DNA of 64,000 nt. It comes from Candidatus Hodarchaeota archaeon (GTDB lineage: Archaea > Asgardarchaeota > Lokiarchaeia > Sigyniarchaeales > SOKP01). Shown in pieces: positions 39,042 through 49,322 of this stretch (positions are counted from its first letter, which is position 1; each line of letters opens with the position of its first letter). The position numbers and the translations under genes are program-made. The DNA is taken from assembly GCA_048887225.1 (NCBI GenBank), contig JBHLJY010000001.1, forward strand, positions 128,001 through 192,000, in the 5' to 3' direction. The notes below the pieces were generated by a model. It was not told the DNA's origin and searched no databases. It worked only from the letters and a program-made list of their open reading frames with translations.

Positions 39042-39245
39042 TTATTCTAATTCTTTTCGGGCTAAAAGTAAATATTCATTACATTTTTCCATCATTTCTA
39101 TTGCTTTATCCAAATTTTCAACAACGTTATTTAATCCTTTAGTCTCTGCGATATTCCGCCATTTGAGAAAGTTCTCTTTATGTGAATTGTTATGACTTGC
39201 CCAATATGAACATAATTTTGATAGCTTCAAGATTTTCTTATCCAA
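39042..39245 (-). CDS. Small helical protein with WxxHNxxH motif, putative metal (Ni) binder
   Basis: SD GAGGAG, TTG start; YWASHNNSHKENFLKW; directly downstream of cdhA. Confidence 0.65.
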   Translation of the reverse strand: MDKKILKLSKLCSYWASHNNSHKENFLKWRNIAETKGLNNVVENLDKAIEMMEKCNEYLLLARKELE

Positions 39246-39359
39246 AATAAAATTCTCCTCAATTCTTTTAGTAAATATAAATTATAAAATTAATACAAAA
39301 TAATAAGAGATTCTATAATGAATAAAGAAATAAAAAAAATTAAAAAAGAAGAAAAAGAA

Positions 39360-41705
39360 CTAATGGCACATTCTCTTCAAGAGAGTGGGATCAATTATCT
39401 CTGTTGGTTTCCATCCTTTTTTCTTCAAATATTCCTGAATTTCTGTTTTTAAATTAATTGGAATATCAGCTTCGAGTCGTATAAATTTGTCCAAATCCTC
39501 TGGAAAATCAACACCTTTATATTTTCGCTCGAGGTCAATCCAGTGGGACAGCTTTATCATTCTGCCTTTTGAGTTATCAGCAGGCCTTAATGCCAGTTTT
39601 GCAACCATACAAATAGCATCTTCAATTGTTTCTACAGTTGTTAGTAAGTGTTCTGGACAGGGACCTACCACATGATCAGGAGTTGCATCTCTTGCATTCC
39701 AGACTTTCCATGTATCCTCGTCGTCAGTTCTACCTATGTATAGTCGACGATACTCTGCACAGTGTGGACCAACAATTGCAGGTACACCTAAACCGTTTGC
39801 CATGCTCGCAATGCTCGCTGCTTTTTGAGAATAAGCACCCCACGCGACGCCAACAGCACCGACCCTGTTTAATATATAATCTGCGATTTCTTCAAAATTT
39901 CCTCTCAAAGGTCGGCGAGCGAAAATATTTGGAACTTTACATGCGGCTCCGGCAATGTGAGTATTTGCAACACAAGAACCAACATTCACTAAACCACCCC
40001 TATCAAAATCTCCAGGAAATCTATCATATAAAGTTTTTCCTTCTTCATCTTTTACAAGTCCAATATCCATAGCTCCACAACCAGATACACACACGATATA
40101 ATTTCTTATGAGAAATTCTTCTGCCATTTTATATAATTCTTGAATCTCGTGAGAATAATTAGAGCATCCAATAATTGCAACAATCCCAGGGATCTCGCCT
40201 AAGACGATAGGAGCGCCAACATTCCTTATTTCACTATCTTGAATGGGTCCGCGTCCTGCTCTACAGTTGAATTTTTCATTCTTTATTTTTTCTCTTGCTG
40301 CATAGAGTATTAGTGTAAATGGAGAAACATCCTTCATACAATCTTCTTCACATCGACCACACCCTACACATTCATCAAAAACACCTGTCATTAAGGTAAA
40401 GTCTCCATCTTTTACCATTGCTACACCATCAACAAGTGGCAAGTCATTTGGACAATTTCTCTGGCAATTACCACATCCATTACATCGATAAGCCATATCA
40501 ATGCAACCTTGTTCATCTGGTATGCTACTTTTAGCCTTTCTTATTGGTCTTACCTTTACAGCTGTTTCGGCAGCCACTATTCCAGCTTTGACAGGATTCA
40601 ATATTAAGACACCAGTCATTTTGCCGCTAACTAGATCATCTACAATATCTTCTACAGAATCATTAGTTCTATCTGGTAACCCACACATTATTTTCTCATT
40701 TGTGGCAATAAAAGGAGCACCTATTTTTTGAGCCTCCTCATAATCTCGTAAGTTTACACATTGTTCATCAATCATCACGACATCAGGAATGCCTGAGCGA
40801 ATAAACATCAATTGTCTTGATATAGAACCTACGATTTTCGCTCCACTGTAATATCGGGTTAAATCATGAGCAGTACAACAAATTGCAACAGCTTCAACTT
40901 TATTTTCATATCCTTTTTCTCTAATTGAATCGACTAATTCTACGCCAGCTGCGACATTATGTCCGACCATTAAAACTATAGCTTTATTATCACTATCAAC
41001 TGTACCCATTCCTAATTCAACAATTGGAACTTCAGGTTCACCGATAGGAAATCCGAAAGCACACATCTGAACAGCGTCAGAAATTTCCATACCAATCGCA
41101 TCTGCTATACCTGCTAAAAACGCTTTAGATTCATAATCTAAATTGTTTGCTTCTTGTCCTGTATGACCGGCTGCTAGTAGGTGCGTTATGGTATGCTCCA
41201 CATACTCCATTGCGGTTTCTAAATCCTCTAAGTTTTCTGGCTTCATTCCGACCATGAGTCGTGTTAAAGGCATATTTACGGCAATATTCATTCCATAATC
41301 GATAGGCACATTTCCATATTTTTCCTTTAACCAATGTAAAAGATGACCGCCATGAGCGCTATGACAAGCAGCTCCAATACAGCATGCGATCTCTACAATC
41401 TTCGCCATATGACCTTCCATATTGATCCCACAAGCACCTTTTCTGCCTTTTGAGAGATTACACTTGCCAAATGTGCAAAGGCAGCACATATCGCATATCG
41501 GCATATAGTAAGGTTTGTATCTTTCCATTAATTTAAAAAACCAGTCTCGTAGAGTTGAGATGCTAGGCATAGGATGAGGACCCATAGGCTCCCATTCGGC
41601 TTCATCTCCCCAACTTACTTTACCAGTTGTCAGTTCGAAGCCTTTAATCGAACCCATTGGACCTTTATACTCGTCTATCTTAATTTTTGCACCTTTCTTA
41701 CTCAT
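39360..41705 (-). CDS. cdhA: Acetyl-CoA decarbonylase/synthase alpha subunit (archaeal Ni-CODH)
   Basis: CDMCCLCTFGKC, GACG, GHN, ICCTAHD, DEQC, two 4Fe-4S motifs, GCSNY, GSCVAN, RVGAVGVAWGAYSQKA. Confidence 0.96.
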   Translation of the reverse strand: MSKKGAKIKIDEYKGPMGSIKGFELTTGKVSWGDEAEWEPMGPHPMPSISTLRDWFFKLMERYKPYYMPICDMCCLCTFGKCNLSKGRKGACGINMEGHMAKIVEIACCIGAACHSAHGGHLLHWLKEKYGNVPIDYGMNIAVNMPLTRLMVGMKPENLEDLETAMEYVEHTITHLLAAGHTGQEANNLDYESKAFLAGIADAIGMEISDAVQMCAFGFPIGEPEVPIVELGMGTVDSDNKAIVLMVGHNVAAGVELVDSIREKGYENKVEAVAICCTAHDLTRYYSGAKIVGSISRQLMFIRSGIPDVVMIDEQCVNLRDYEEAQKIGAPFIATNEKIMCGLPDRTNDSVEDIVDDLVSGKMTGVLILNPVKAGIVAAETAVKVRPIRKAKSSIPDEQGCIDMAYRCNGCGNCQRNCPNDLPLVDGVAMVKDGDFTLMTGVFDECVGCGRCEEDCMKDVSPFTLILYAAREKIKNEKFNCRAGRGPIQDSEIRNVGAPIVLGEIPGIVAIIGCSNYSHEIQELYKMAEEFLIRNYIVCVSGCGAMDIGLVKDEEGKTLYDRFPGDFDRGGLVNVGSCVANTHIAGAACKVPNIFARRPLRGNFEEIADYILNRVGAVGVAWGAYSQKAASIASMANGLGVPAIVGPHCAEYRRLYIGRTDDEDTWKVWNARDATPDHVVGPCPEHLLTTVETIEDAICMVAKLALRPADNSKGRMIKLSHWIDLERKYKGVDFPEDLDKFIRLEADIPINLKTEIQEYLKKKGWKPTEIIDPTLLKRMCH

Positions 41706-41993
41706 TTTTACATCAATTTTTTAAATTTTATTTGTAAAGAAAGATAATAATAATTAGTTTTATCTTTGTTTTTATTTTAAATTTTATAATCCATGGAATC
41801 TATACCTTACCAGAATTTAATAATTAATGCTTATATTCCAAAACTGAAATTAGAAAATTGATTAGAGGAAAAAAGTGTGAAATTTCACTCTATGCCAAAT
41901 TTCATTTAGTTTAATTAAAAATAATAGGGAGAATAATTAGAGAAAAATAATTTAATTGACAAAAGAGAGTACATTAGATTTTAATAATCCAAC

Positions 41994-42599
41994 TTATAAA
42001 TTATATCTTTCCACATAACTTTCAATAGGGCCAGATTTTATCTCTTTATCAGTGTCTTCTAAGCTAAACTCATCAACTAACATATCAAATCTGAAGATAC
42101 AAGCTTCATCGTTTTTTAGAAAACATTGAACCTCTTGTCCATCCACATCAATTTCTAATTGTTCCAATACGCCGTTAAAAATACCTTGATAAAGGATGCA
42201 TATGTTTTTTGCCATGATATTATCTTTTTCTTGGTCAGATATTGGTTCTTCGACAGAAATCAATATTTTATCTTTTAAAAAGAGAGTTGTTAAAATTCCA
42301 TATCCAAGATGTTCGAATGTTTCTAGAACGCTAAGGATAACTTCTTTTTTAATGGTCATAGTTTCGTCGGCCCAATTTTCGTTAGGAAATAATTTTTCCA
42401 AAAAGTATTTTGCTAATGTTTTTCCAACCCATATGACAATATCTTCTGAGTTTGCTCCCGCAAACTCTGAAAATTCGATTATATCTATTGGTCTCAACAT
42501 TAATAATCTTAGATCCTTTTCACCTAAGAAAAGGTGTCCCAAGCTATCATCGACATTTATTAGATCGTCTTTCTTAGATTTTTTTATTCTCTTAGACAT
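41994..42599 (-). CDS. V4R (Bet3/TRAPP-related) domain protein
   Basis: LGYG, C...QGIFNGVL, EVQC.....ACIFRF V4R pattern. Confidence 0.8.
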   Translation of the reverse strand: MSKRIKKSKKDDLINVDDSLGHLFLGEKDLRLLMLRPIDIIEFSEFAGANSEDIVIWVGKTLAKYFLEKLFPNENWADETMTIKKEVILSVLETFEHLGYGILTTLFLKDKILISVEEPISDQEKDNIMAKNICILYQGIFNGVLEQLEIDVDGQEVQCFLKNDEACIFRFDMLVDEFSLEDTDKEIKSGPIESYVERYNL

Positions 42600-42699
42600 A
42601 AATGATCTCTCTCAAACTATTTTATTCAATAATTATTATTTATCTCCTTAAGAATTTAACTTTTTTTTAAAAAAGATTTTATAAGATTTTATCAGGAGA

Positions 42700-43731
42700 C
42701 TAAATTAAATCAAAAATTGTTTCAATAGCGGTATCGATATTGAAATTAGTTTTAACTGATGTAAAAAATAAAATCCATTCTCTATTTTTAATTTTTTGAA
42801 ATTCAAAATAATCAATAATTTCCTTTTTAAGTCTATTATATTGCTCGTCATTAGTTTCAACGGATTGATCAAGTAAATCGATTTTATTGACTAAAATCAA
42901 TATAGGAATTCCAAATAAATCGTATCTATTTATAATTTTCCAGAATTCTTTTTTTGATTCCTCAAATCTAATTTGATTTGCAACATCAATCATAAATACA
43001 ATGATATTAGAATCTTGAAGTCCTAATAACCATTTGTTTCTAAATGAGCGTTGCCCTGGCATGTCCCAAAAAGCTAAAAATCCTCTACTGTTCTCTTGAT
43101 AATATTCAATATTAAATTTTTTTGTAGGAAGAAAGTAATTATCGTTGAATTTTCCCGTCTTAATTCTTCTTACTAACGAAGACTTTCCAGCATCATCAAT
43201 TCCAAACAAAAACACTTTAATAAATGTTTCCTGATAATGAAATCTAATTTCAGGATGTCTCTCCACGTATTCTTCTCCGTATCTACGAATGTCAATAAAA
43301 ATGGTAATTAGGAGATTTTCGATTTCAATTTCGTCTTTGAACATACAAATTTTCTCGATATTTAATATCTCGTTTAGTGTTTCTTCAAAAATCTCTTTAA
43401 AATCGTATGGATTATCTTCTTTATCAAAAATTAATCCAATGATAATTTTATCATTAATACAAGTTGTATAAATATTAAGATCACCTAATATTTGAGGAAC
43501 GGGAGTATCAATTAAATAATGATAAGTATTGTTGTTATTAATGTGAGATTTACTTTTCGATTTACGCGTTCTATATCTATGGATAAGATCACCGTGATCG
43601 TGCCCATAAATTATTTTACTGATTTGATCTGTATCATCTATAGTAATAATATCATTTGGATAACTGTAAATGTTTAGTTGATCCAAATCGTGAAAGTTTT
43701 TACCTTTAAAAAGAAAAATATTTTTTAACAA
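42700..43731 (-). CDS. Arf/Arl-like small GTPase with N-terminal longin/uDENN-like domain
   Basis: G1 GIDDAGKSS, G2 PT, G3 WDMPGQ, G4 NKID, G5 TSVK; about 165 aa N-terminal alpha/beta domain (YSYP...IIGLIFDKEDNPYD). Confidence 0.85.
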   Translation of the reverse strand: MLKNIFLFKGKNFHDLDQLNIYSYPNDIITIDDTDQISKIIYGHDHGDLIHRYRTRKSKSKSHINNNNTYHYLIDTPVPQILGDLNIYTTCINDKIIIGLIFDKEDNPYDFKEIFEETLNEILNIEKICMFKDEIEIENLLITIFIDIRRYGEEYVERHPEIRFHYQETFIKVFLFGIDDAGKSSLVRRIKTGKFNDNYFLPTKKFNIEYYQENSRGFLAFWDMPGQRSFRNKWLLGLQDSNIIVFMIDVANQIRFEESKKEFWKIINRYDLFGIPILILVNKIDLLDQSVETNDEQYNRLKKEIIDYFEFQKIKNREWILFFTSVKTNFNIDTAIETIFDLI

Positions 43732-43961
43732 TTAGTCTTCAAAAAGATTAATTTCGTTAAGTTTGTAAATAAAAAATGATTAAAAAAAGTTTTGAATAAG
43801 AATTCTTATAATATGTTTAATCTTAATCGAGATATCTTCGTGGATTTCTTTCAATTTAAATTTTTCGTTTTTATTTTTTAAACAAGTTGATTTTCGTTTT
43901 TATCTTATTCATTATTCTCAGAGGATTTGGAGGATTTTGGGTATCTGTCTTATTAATTACC

Positions 43962-45389
43962 TCATAAGAGATTAGGAGTATCTTTATCCTCCTCTGATTT
44001 GTCTTTTTCTTTCTCTGGTTTATCTCTCTCTTCTTCTGGTTTATCTCTCTCTTCTTCTGGTTTATCTTCTGGTGGTGGACTTGGCGTTGTGGGTACTTTA
44101 GCTCCCACAGGTGTCCCACAAATAGGACATTCTGACCAACCTTTCCGAAGGCTATAACTACATTTTGAACATTCCAATAGATCTTGATCTGGTTCCCATT
44201 CTGGGATATCTAATCCCCCGCCTTGTCTTTTACGGGCTAATTCCTGCAATTCTTCTTCTGTCCACATTTCCATACCTTCGGGTATTCCGTCACCTCTTTC
44301 TTCAGCCATTTTCTTCAGATCTTCTTCTGTCCACGTTTCCATTCCTGGAGGAACCCCTCCTCTTTTTTGAGATTCCTCAGCTAGTTCTTCCGCAGTCCAA
44401 GATTTTAATTCTTGATTACCTAGTGTTCTTATGGCTCCTGTTGGCTGCGAAGGTTGGATTGCATCTGCTTTTTTAGAAGATGGTGCTTCGCAACACGCGG
44501 CTGAGAATTTAATTATTGCCTCAAAACATCTTGTGTATCTATCTGAATCCTTTCCTTCGTCAACAACTAAAACTAAAGATGTTCTATCGTTAATAAGCGG
44601 AATCGCAATACTGCATACTGAAATATTCGATTCAACGCGTTTTGATTCTATTCCACTTCGTACTTTCTCCATTGTCGCTAATAGATCTTTTTTATTCATT
44701 AAAAAATCGCATATCGGTTCCCCATGTCTTTGATACCCCTCGTGATATTTTGCCAATTGGCTACTGATCGTTCTAGTATCCAAAGCTTTAATGACTGCAC
44801 TGACATACGAATAAATTTGAGATTTAGAACCTTTTTGAGACTCATCTAATTTATACCCTCCTAAATCAAGCTCACCCATAAAAGGGGCAAATAAAGGTTC
44901 TGCTTGTTTCATTTTACCGTAAATAGTTGTCCGTGAAATTACACAATTGATTTCTCCATAATAAGCAATGGCCTTATCGAAAAAATTAATTTTCTTTTTA
45001 TCAATTACTATGCGAGGGATGTTCCTAAATAATATTTCCATCCAAGGCATTTCTTTTACAGGTATTATAGCTACACATATTTTTTCAATTAATTCGCGTA
45101 GTTTTTTCGAATAATCTGTAAACATTTGTTTCAAATCTTTATAATTTTCCTTGTATTCTTCATCCTCTAATTTTTTCTCTGCTCCTTCTAAGAAGCCTTC
45201 AAATTTTTCTTTATTTTTTTTAAGATTTCCTCCTAATTTCTTGACTTCACCAATAATATTATCTTTTAAAATTAAAGTCGCTTGTTCAATCAAGTCATTC
45301 TGAAATTCTGTAAGTTCCGTATCTAAATACTCAGATACGTCAAATTGAAGATTATCCACAAATTTTTCAAATAGTTCTTGCTCTGCCAA
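43962..45389 (-). CDS. Hypothetical protein with internal WTxEEL repeats, zinc ribbon and charged low-complexity tail
   Basis: Three repeats of about 23 aa; CSKC...CPICG; PEEERDK tail. Confidence 0.8.
   Translation of the reverse strand: MAEQELFEKFVDNLQFDVSEYLDTELTEFQNDLIEQATLILKDNIIGEVKKLGGNLKKNKEKFEGFLEGAEKKLEDEEYKENYKDLKQMFTDYSKKLRELIEKICVAIIPVKEMPWMEILFRNIPRIVIDKKKINFFDKAIAYYGEINCVISRTTIYGKMKQAEPLFAPFMGELDLGGYKLDESQKGSKSQIYSYVSAVIKALDTRTISSQLAKYHEGYQRHGEPICDFLMNKKDLLATMEKVRSGIESKRVESNISVCSIAIPLINDRTSLVLVVDEGKDSDRYTRCFEAIIKFSAACCEAPSSKKADAIQPSQPTGAIRTLGNQELKSWTAEELAEESQKRGGVPPGMETWTEEDLKKMAEERGDGIPEGMEMWTEEELQELARKRQGGGLDIPEWEPDQDLLECSKCSYSLRKGWSECPICGTPVGAKVPTTPSPPPEDKPEEERDKPEEERDKPEKEKDKSEEDKDTPNLL
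44014..44067. repeat. 21-bp tandem repeat (about 2.5 copies) encoding PEEERDK
   Basis: TCTGGTTTATCTCTCTCTTCT at 44014-44034 and 44035-44055, partial copy at 44056-44067. Confidence 0.9.
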
Positions 45390-46113
45390 TTACATTACCA
45401 ATTTTAATTAAATAATTTTTTTTTCTAATTACTTATAATTATATCAACGAGAAGTATATAAAAATTTAATTGAATAAAGTTTAGGTTTAAGCAATTTAAT
45501 ATCCTTAGAATTTCTAGACTTAATTGCAAATTTATGGATTATTTCTATCTTTAAATTTTTAAAAAATAGGATTTTGTTCCAATTTTGTCCTATCATTACG
45601 AAAAAGCTTTTTCAAGATATTAAATTGTTTTGATGGAGATTTCCGATAAATATTTTGATTAAAATTTAGAAAAATAATTTCCCAAATTTAGATGTTCATT
45701 TTTTTCGAAATATTTTAAAAAAATTTCATCTTATTATTTGATTCGATTGGATATAATCAATATTGTATTTAATAATTACTAATATTTATAGAAAAAAGTT
45801 TAAAAATCGAACAACGGTTTAAATTTGAGGAGAAGAGAATCTTTTTAAAAAAATTAATCCAGTAATAAAAGTCTTTTATAAGAGAAAACATATTTAGGGG
45901 AAAACATAAAAATTCATATTAATCAGACAAAGATAAACATTTAAATATAATTTTATAATAAATTATAATATAAAAAAAAATCAAAATTCATAAGGCGGTT
46001 GGATATAAGCAACAATTAATGTCATTTAGTTCCATTAATGTATCATCAAAAACTTGATAGGTGCATATGGGCTATTATCATCGATTGTAGCGATAAAAAA
46101 AAGGTGTTATGAA

Positions 46114-46416
46114 ATGAAAATTGTGACGGTAAATGTACCAGAATCATACATAGATGCCATTGAAAAGTTAATTGGAGAAAATGGCCTTTACCCTTCTAGA
46201 TCTGAATTAATAAGATGTGCTGTTCGTGAATTTCTTTTAAAGGAACTAAGGATGGCAAAAAAAATGACAAAATATAATGAACCTGAAATTGACGATTTTG
46301 ACAGCGAACATTTCGTAAGAATTCCAATAGAAAGTAAGAATAAAGACGAACCTGTGCGCACTTTTAAGACATATAAAATTCTCAGAAGACTCGAAATTGA
46401 AAATTCTCAAAATTAA
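46114..46416 (+). CDS. CopG/Arc/MetJ ribbon-helix-helix transcription regulator
   Basis: MKIVTVNVPESYIDAIEKL...LYPSRSELIRCAVREFL; SD AAGGTG before ATG 46114. Confidence 0.9.
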   Translation: MKIVTVNVPESYIDAIEKLIGENGLYPSRSELIRCAVREFLLKELRMAKKMTKYNEPEIDDFDSEHFVRIPIESKNKDEPVRTFKTYKILRRLEIENSQN

Positions 46417-46456
46417 GACATTTTTATTAAAAAATATATAAGAATTGGGATCATTT

Positions 46457-46490
46457 AGGGAGTTACCTCCCACCTCTTTTTATTTTTTTT
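46457..46490 (+). terminator. Short hairpin (GGGAG/CTCCC) followed by a T-tract
   Basis: AGGGAGTTACCTCCCACCTCTTTTTATTTTTTTT after the RHH stop. Confidence 0.5.
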
Positions 46491-46706
46491 GAAAAAATTA
46501 AAAAAATTTTCATTTTTTATCTTAATTTTATCTCAAAGTAGAAAATTTTTCATTATTATATATCATTTGTTTACATGGGTTTGTACACAAATCATAACAG
46601 ATTATCAATTTTTATCAAAAATTAATAGACTAATATTTATAAAAAACAATTACTAAATTAATTCAAATAATGTAATTAAAACAGAGAATATTGATAAAAA
46701 GAGTGG

Positions 46707-47984
46707 TTGATTATTTCGGCTAAAAAAGAATGGTCTGCTCAAGGGGGGTTTAAACCTAAATTTATGGAATGGGGGATTATTAACAAAGAAAATTTCAAAT
46801 CTGCTTACGATGTTCCGATAAAGAGATGGGATCCATTATCTACTGTTAGCATTAGTACAAAAGATTTTGGTCTCCGAAAAGAACGTGTAAGGTACTATGG
46901 GCATTATTCATATTTATCTCCTATTCGTGGTAAAAGGCCTAAAGGTTTTAAAAAAGGAGAAAACCTCTATGAGCGCCAAGATTATATAGATTATCCAATC
47001 ACCGATGTTAAAGATACATTTATGAGTATTACAGAAGGAAAACTAATGTATTATGATGATGGAACACCGATAGGAGATGGATATACGATTATTATTACTG
47101 AAGATGAAAAAAAGAGAGATTCTCCTTTTTTAGAAATACCTCATAAAATTGAAAAAATTGCTGAATCTTGTAAAGCAATTACTTTAATAAATCGATATCC
47201 TTCAATGGCTCGTGTTGTAGATCCCGATATTAAAACTTCAATGGAAAAAATTTTACCCGCACATTTAAAACTTGCAGTGGGCATAAATTTGGTATCTATT
47301 TCAAGACATTTTTATCCTTCGTTAAATTTCAATTTAATTCCAGAAGATGTATTAGCAGGCATTTTTTTTTCTATGAAAGCTGCGATACTTTATTCAGTTC
47401 AAGAGGCAATAGAGAGAGATTATTACGATATTCCTGTTTCACCATTTTTCAATATAGGAATAAAAGCTGGTGGATCACAACCCCGAATCCATGGTCAAAT
47501 ATATATTGATTTGAATATGGACGGTCATGGTTCACGGTTGGAAGGATATCTTAGAGCTTTTAAAGAGATGGGAGAGCGTTGTCATCTTTGCGTAACTACC
47601 CATGGAGATAGTGATCGTATTATATTAAAAACTACATATTGGACTTTTTATACTACGGGAAGTCCTGTAAGGAATTATCATATAAGATTTCATCCAACAG
47701 AGCATATTAGAAGATTTAGTCAATTAAATGTTAACCAATTACTCGATTTGGCATTATCTCTAAAAATTATATTTAAAGCATTGGACAATATTGAAATTGA
47801 TAAAAATCGAAATATTTTATTTAATTGTTGTCCTTATGGATACGATGCCAATTTTCACTTGTTTGGTGATATTATCCCTCATGAAATTATAGGTGGTGCT
47901 GAGATGGCTGATGATATGCGTGTTGCGAGAAAATTGCCTCATGAAGCAGCTGAAGAAATAAGAAATGCTATTTCGTCTTTATAA
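46707..47984 (+). CDS. GalT/HIT-superfamily sugar-phosphate nucleotidyltransferase-like protein
   Basis: RWDPL, NRYP, FFNIG..AGGSQPRIHGQ (GalT motif position), CHLC, P.EH...F..L, LPHEAAEEIR. Confidence 0.78.
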   Translation: MIISAKKEWSAQGGFKPKFMEWGIINKENFKSAYDVPIKRWDPLSTVSISTKDFGLRKERVRYYGHYSYLSPIRGKRPKGFKKGENLYERQDYIDYPITDVKDTFMSITEGKLMYYDDGTPIGDGYTIIITEDEKKRDSPFLEIPHKIEKIAESCKAITLINRYPSMARVVDPDIKTSMEKILPAHLKLAVGINLVSISRHFYPSLNFNLIPEDVLAGIFFSMKAAILYSVQEAIERDYYDIPVSPFFNIGIKAGGSQPRIHGQIYIDLNMDGHGSRLEGYLRAFKEMGERCHLCVTTHGDSDRIILKTTYWTFYTTGSPVRNYHIRFHPTEHIRRFSQLNVNQLLDLALSLKIIFKALDNIEIDKNRNILFNCCPYGYDANFHLFGDIIPHEIIGGAEMADDMRVARKLPHEAAEEIRNAISSL

Positions 47985-48119
47985 TTTGAAAAATAAGCAT
48001 TTAATCATTAGATTTTAAATTTTTTTGAATTTTTTTTAATGGTTTAAATCAATTAAAAATAATAGATTTAAATCAGTTGATTTTATTATATTAATATAAA
48101 ATAGAGATCGTTTTCAATA

Positions 48120-49271
48120 ATGACAAGAGATTGGTCAGCGATAATACTCGCTGGCGGTAAAGGCAAACGGCTAATGCCATTGACTTCGCAAATTCCAAAA
48201 CCGTTAGTGAAAGTAACTAATAAGACGATGGTTGATTATTCCATATCACATTTAATATATGCAGATATAAAACATATTATTCTCGCATTAGCTTATATGG
48301 GTGAAAAAATTGAAAAGCATATTAAAGAAACGTGGACACCTGATAAGCTTGGCGATGTGGAATTGGAATGCTCAATTCAAAATAGTAAAGGCACTGCTGA
48401 CGCGTATAGATTACTGAAAGACGAGATTGACTCGGAAAACATCGTTGTTAGTATGGCAGATATAGTCACATCTCTTCCAATGAAAAGTTTTATGGATTTT
48501 CATAGAGAAAAAAACGGGATTGCAACAATTTCAATGAAGATGGTTGAAAGCCACACTTCTCAGTACGGTGTTGTGTTATTGGATAAAAATAGAAAAATTT
48601 ATTTATTTTTGGAAAAGCCTATGCCAATGGAATTGTATTTGAGTAGTATAGCTCAAAGAACAGACTTATTCTTACATACAAATATTATTAACACAGGAAT
48701 TTATTGTCTTAAAAAGGATATAGGAAATATCCTTCATGAAACGGGATTGCAAGATTTTGGTAGTGAATTATTTCCATATCTTCTTGAGAACGAGTATGAG
48801 TTGTATGGTTTTGTGAAAGATTATTACTGGATGGATGCCGGTAATTTTCAAACCTACATGTGGGCAAATTGGGATTTATTAAGGAAATATGCTTGGCCAA
48901 TTTTGCCAAACGGAGAAGAATACGATGGAGTTTACGTTAAGGGAATTATCAATTCAGGTAAAGATACAATAATTGAAAAACCTACATGTTTTGGTGAAAA
49001 TGTAGAACTTCAAAACAATGTGAAGATAAAGGAATTAACTTCTATAGGAAACCAAGTTATTATTGGAGAGGATGCCATAATCGAAAAAAGCGTTATATGG
49101 GACAATGTAAAAATTGGTCCTGGGAGTTATATCAACGAATCAATAATCTGTAACGATTGTGAAGTTGGAAATAATGTTGTTTTAGAGAGGGTAATCGTAC
49201 CTCCAAATGTAAAAATTTCAAGTAATATTCAGTTGTCTGATGTCACACTCGAGTTAGGTCAAGAGATATAA
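48120..49271 (+). CDS. NDP-sugar synthase (sugar-1-phosphate nucleotidyltransferase with left-handed beta-helix)
   Basis: ILAGGKGKRLMPLT..IPKPL, GTADA, YGVV, FLEKP, INTGIY, YWMDAG, C-terminal hexapeptide repeats. Confidence 0.92.
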   Translation: MTRDWSAIILAGGKGKRLMPLTSQIPKPLVKVTNKTMVDYSISHLIYADIKHIILALAYMGEKIEKHIKETWTPDKLGDVELECSIQNSKGTADAYRLLKDEIDSENIVVSMADIVTSLPMKSFMDFHREKNGIATISMKMVESHTSQYGVVLLDKNRKIYLFLEKPMPMELYLSSIAQRTDLFLHTNIINTGIYCLKKDIGNILHETGLQDFGSELFPYLLENEYELYGFVKDYYWMDAGNFQTYMWANWDLLRKYAWPILPNGEEYDGVYVKGIINSGKDTIIEKPTCFGENVELQNNVKIKELTSIGNQVIIGEDAIIEKSVIWDNVKIGPGSYINESIICNDCEVGNNVVLERVIVPPNVKISSNIQLSDVTLELGQEI

Positions 49272-49322
49272 TTCAAATGTTTGTAATTTATAAGATGAAT
49301 TTAAAAAAAATCAAATAAGATT

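Noticed and set aside
44014-44067. Direct repeats considered as a CRISPR array
   Set aside because: Contiguous, no spacers, in-frame coding, and no cas genes in the window
43871-44119. 82-aa ORF with INQKKRE repeats
   Set aside because: Alternate-frame reading of the 21-bp repeat in the tail of 43962..45389
45390-46113. Long AT-rich intergenic region considered as a replication origin or ncRNA locus
   Set aside because: No ORB-like repeats with G-strings, no cdc6/orc1 nearby, no stable structure visible
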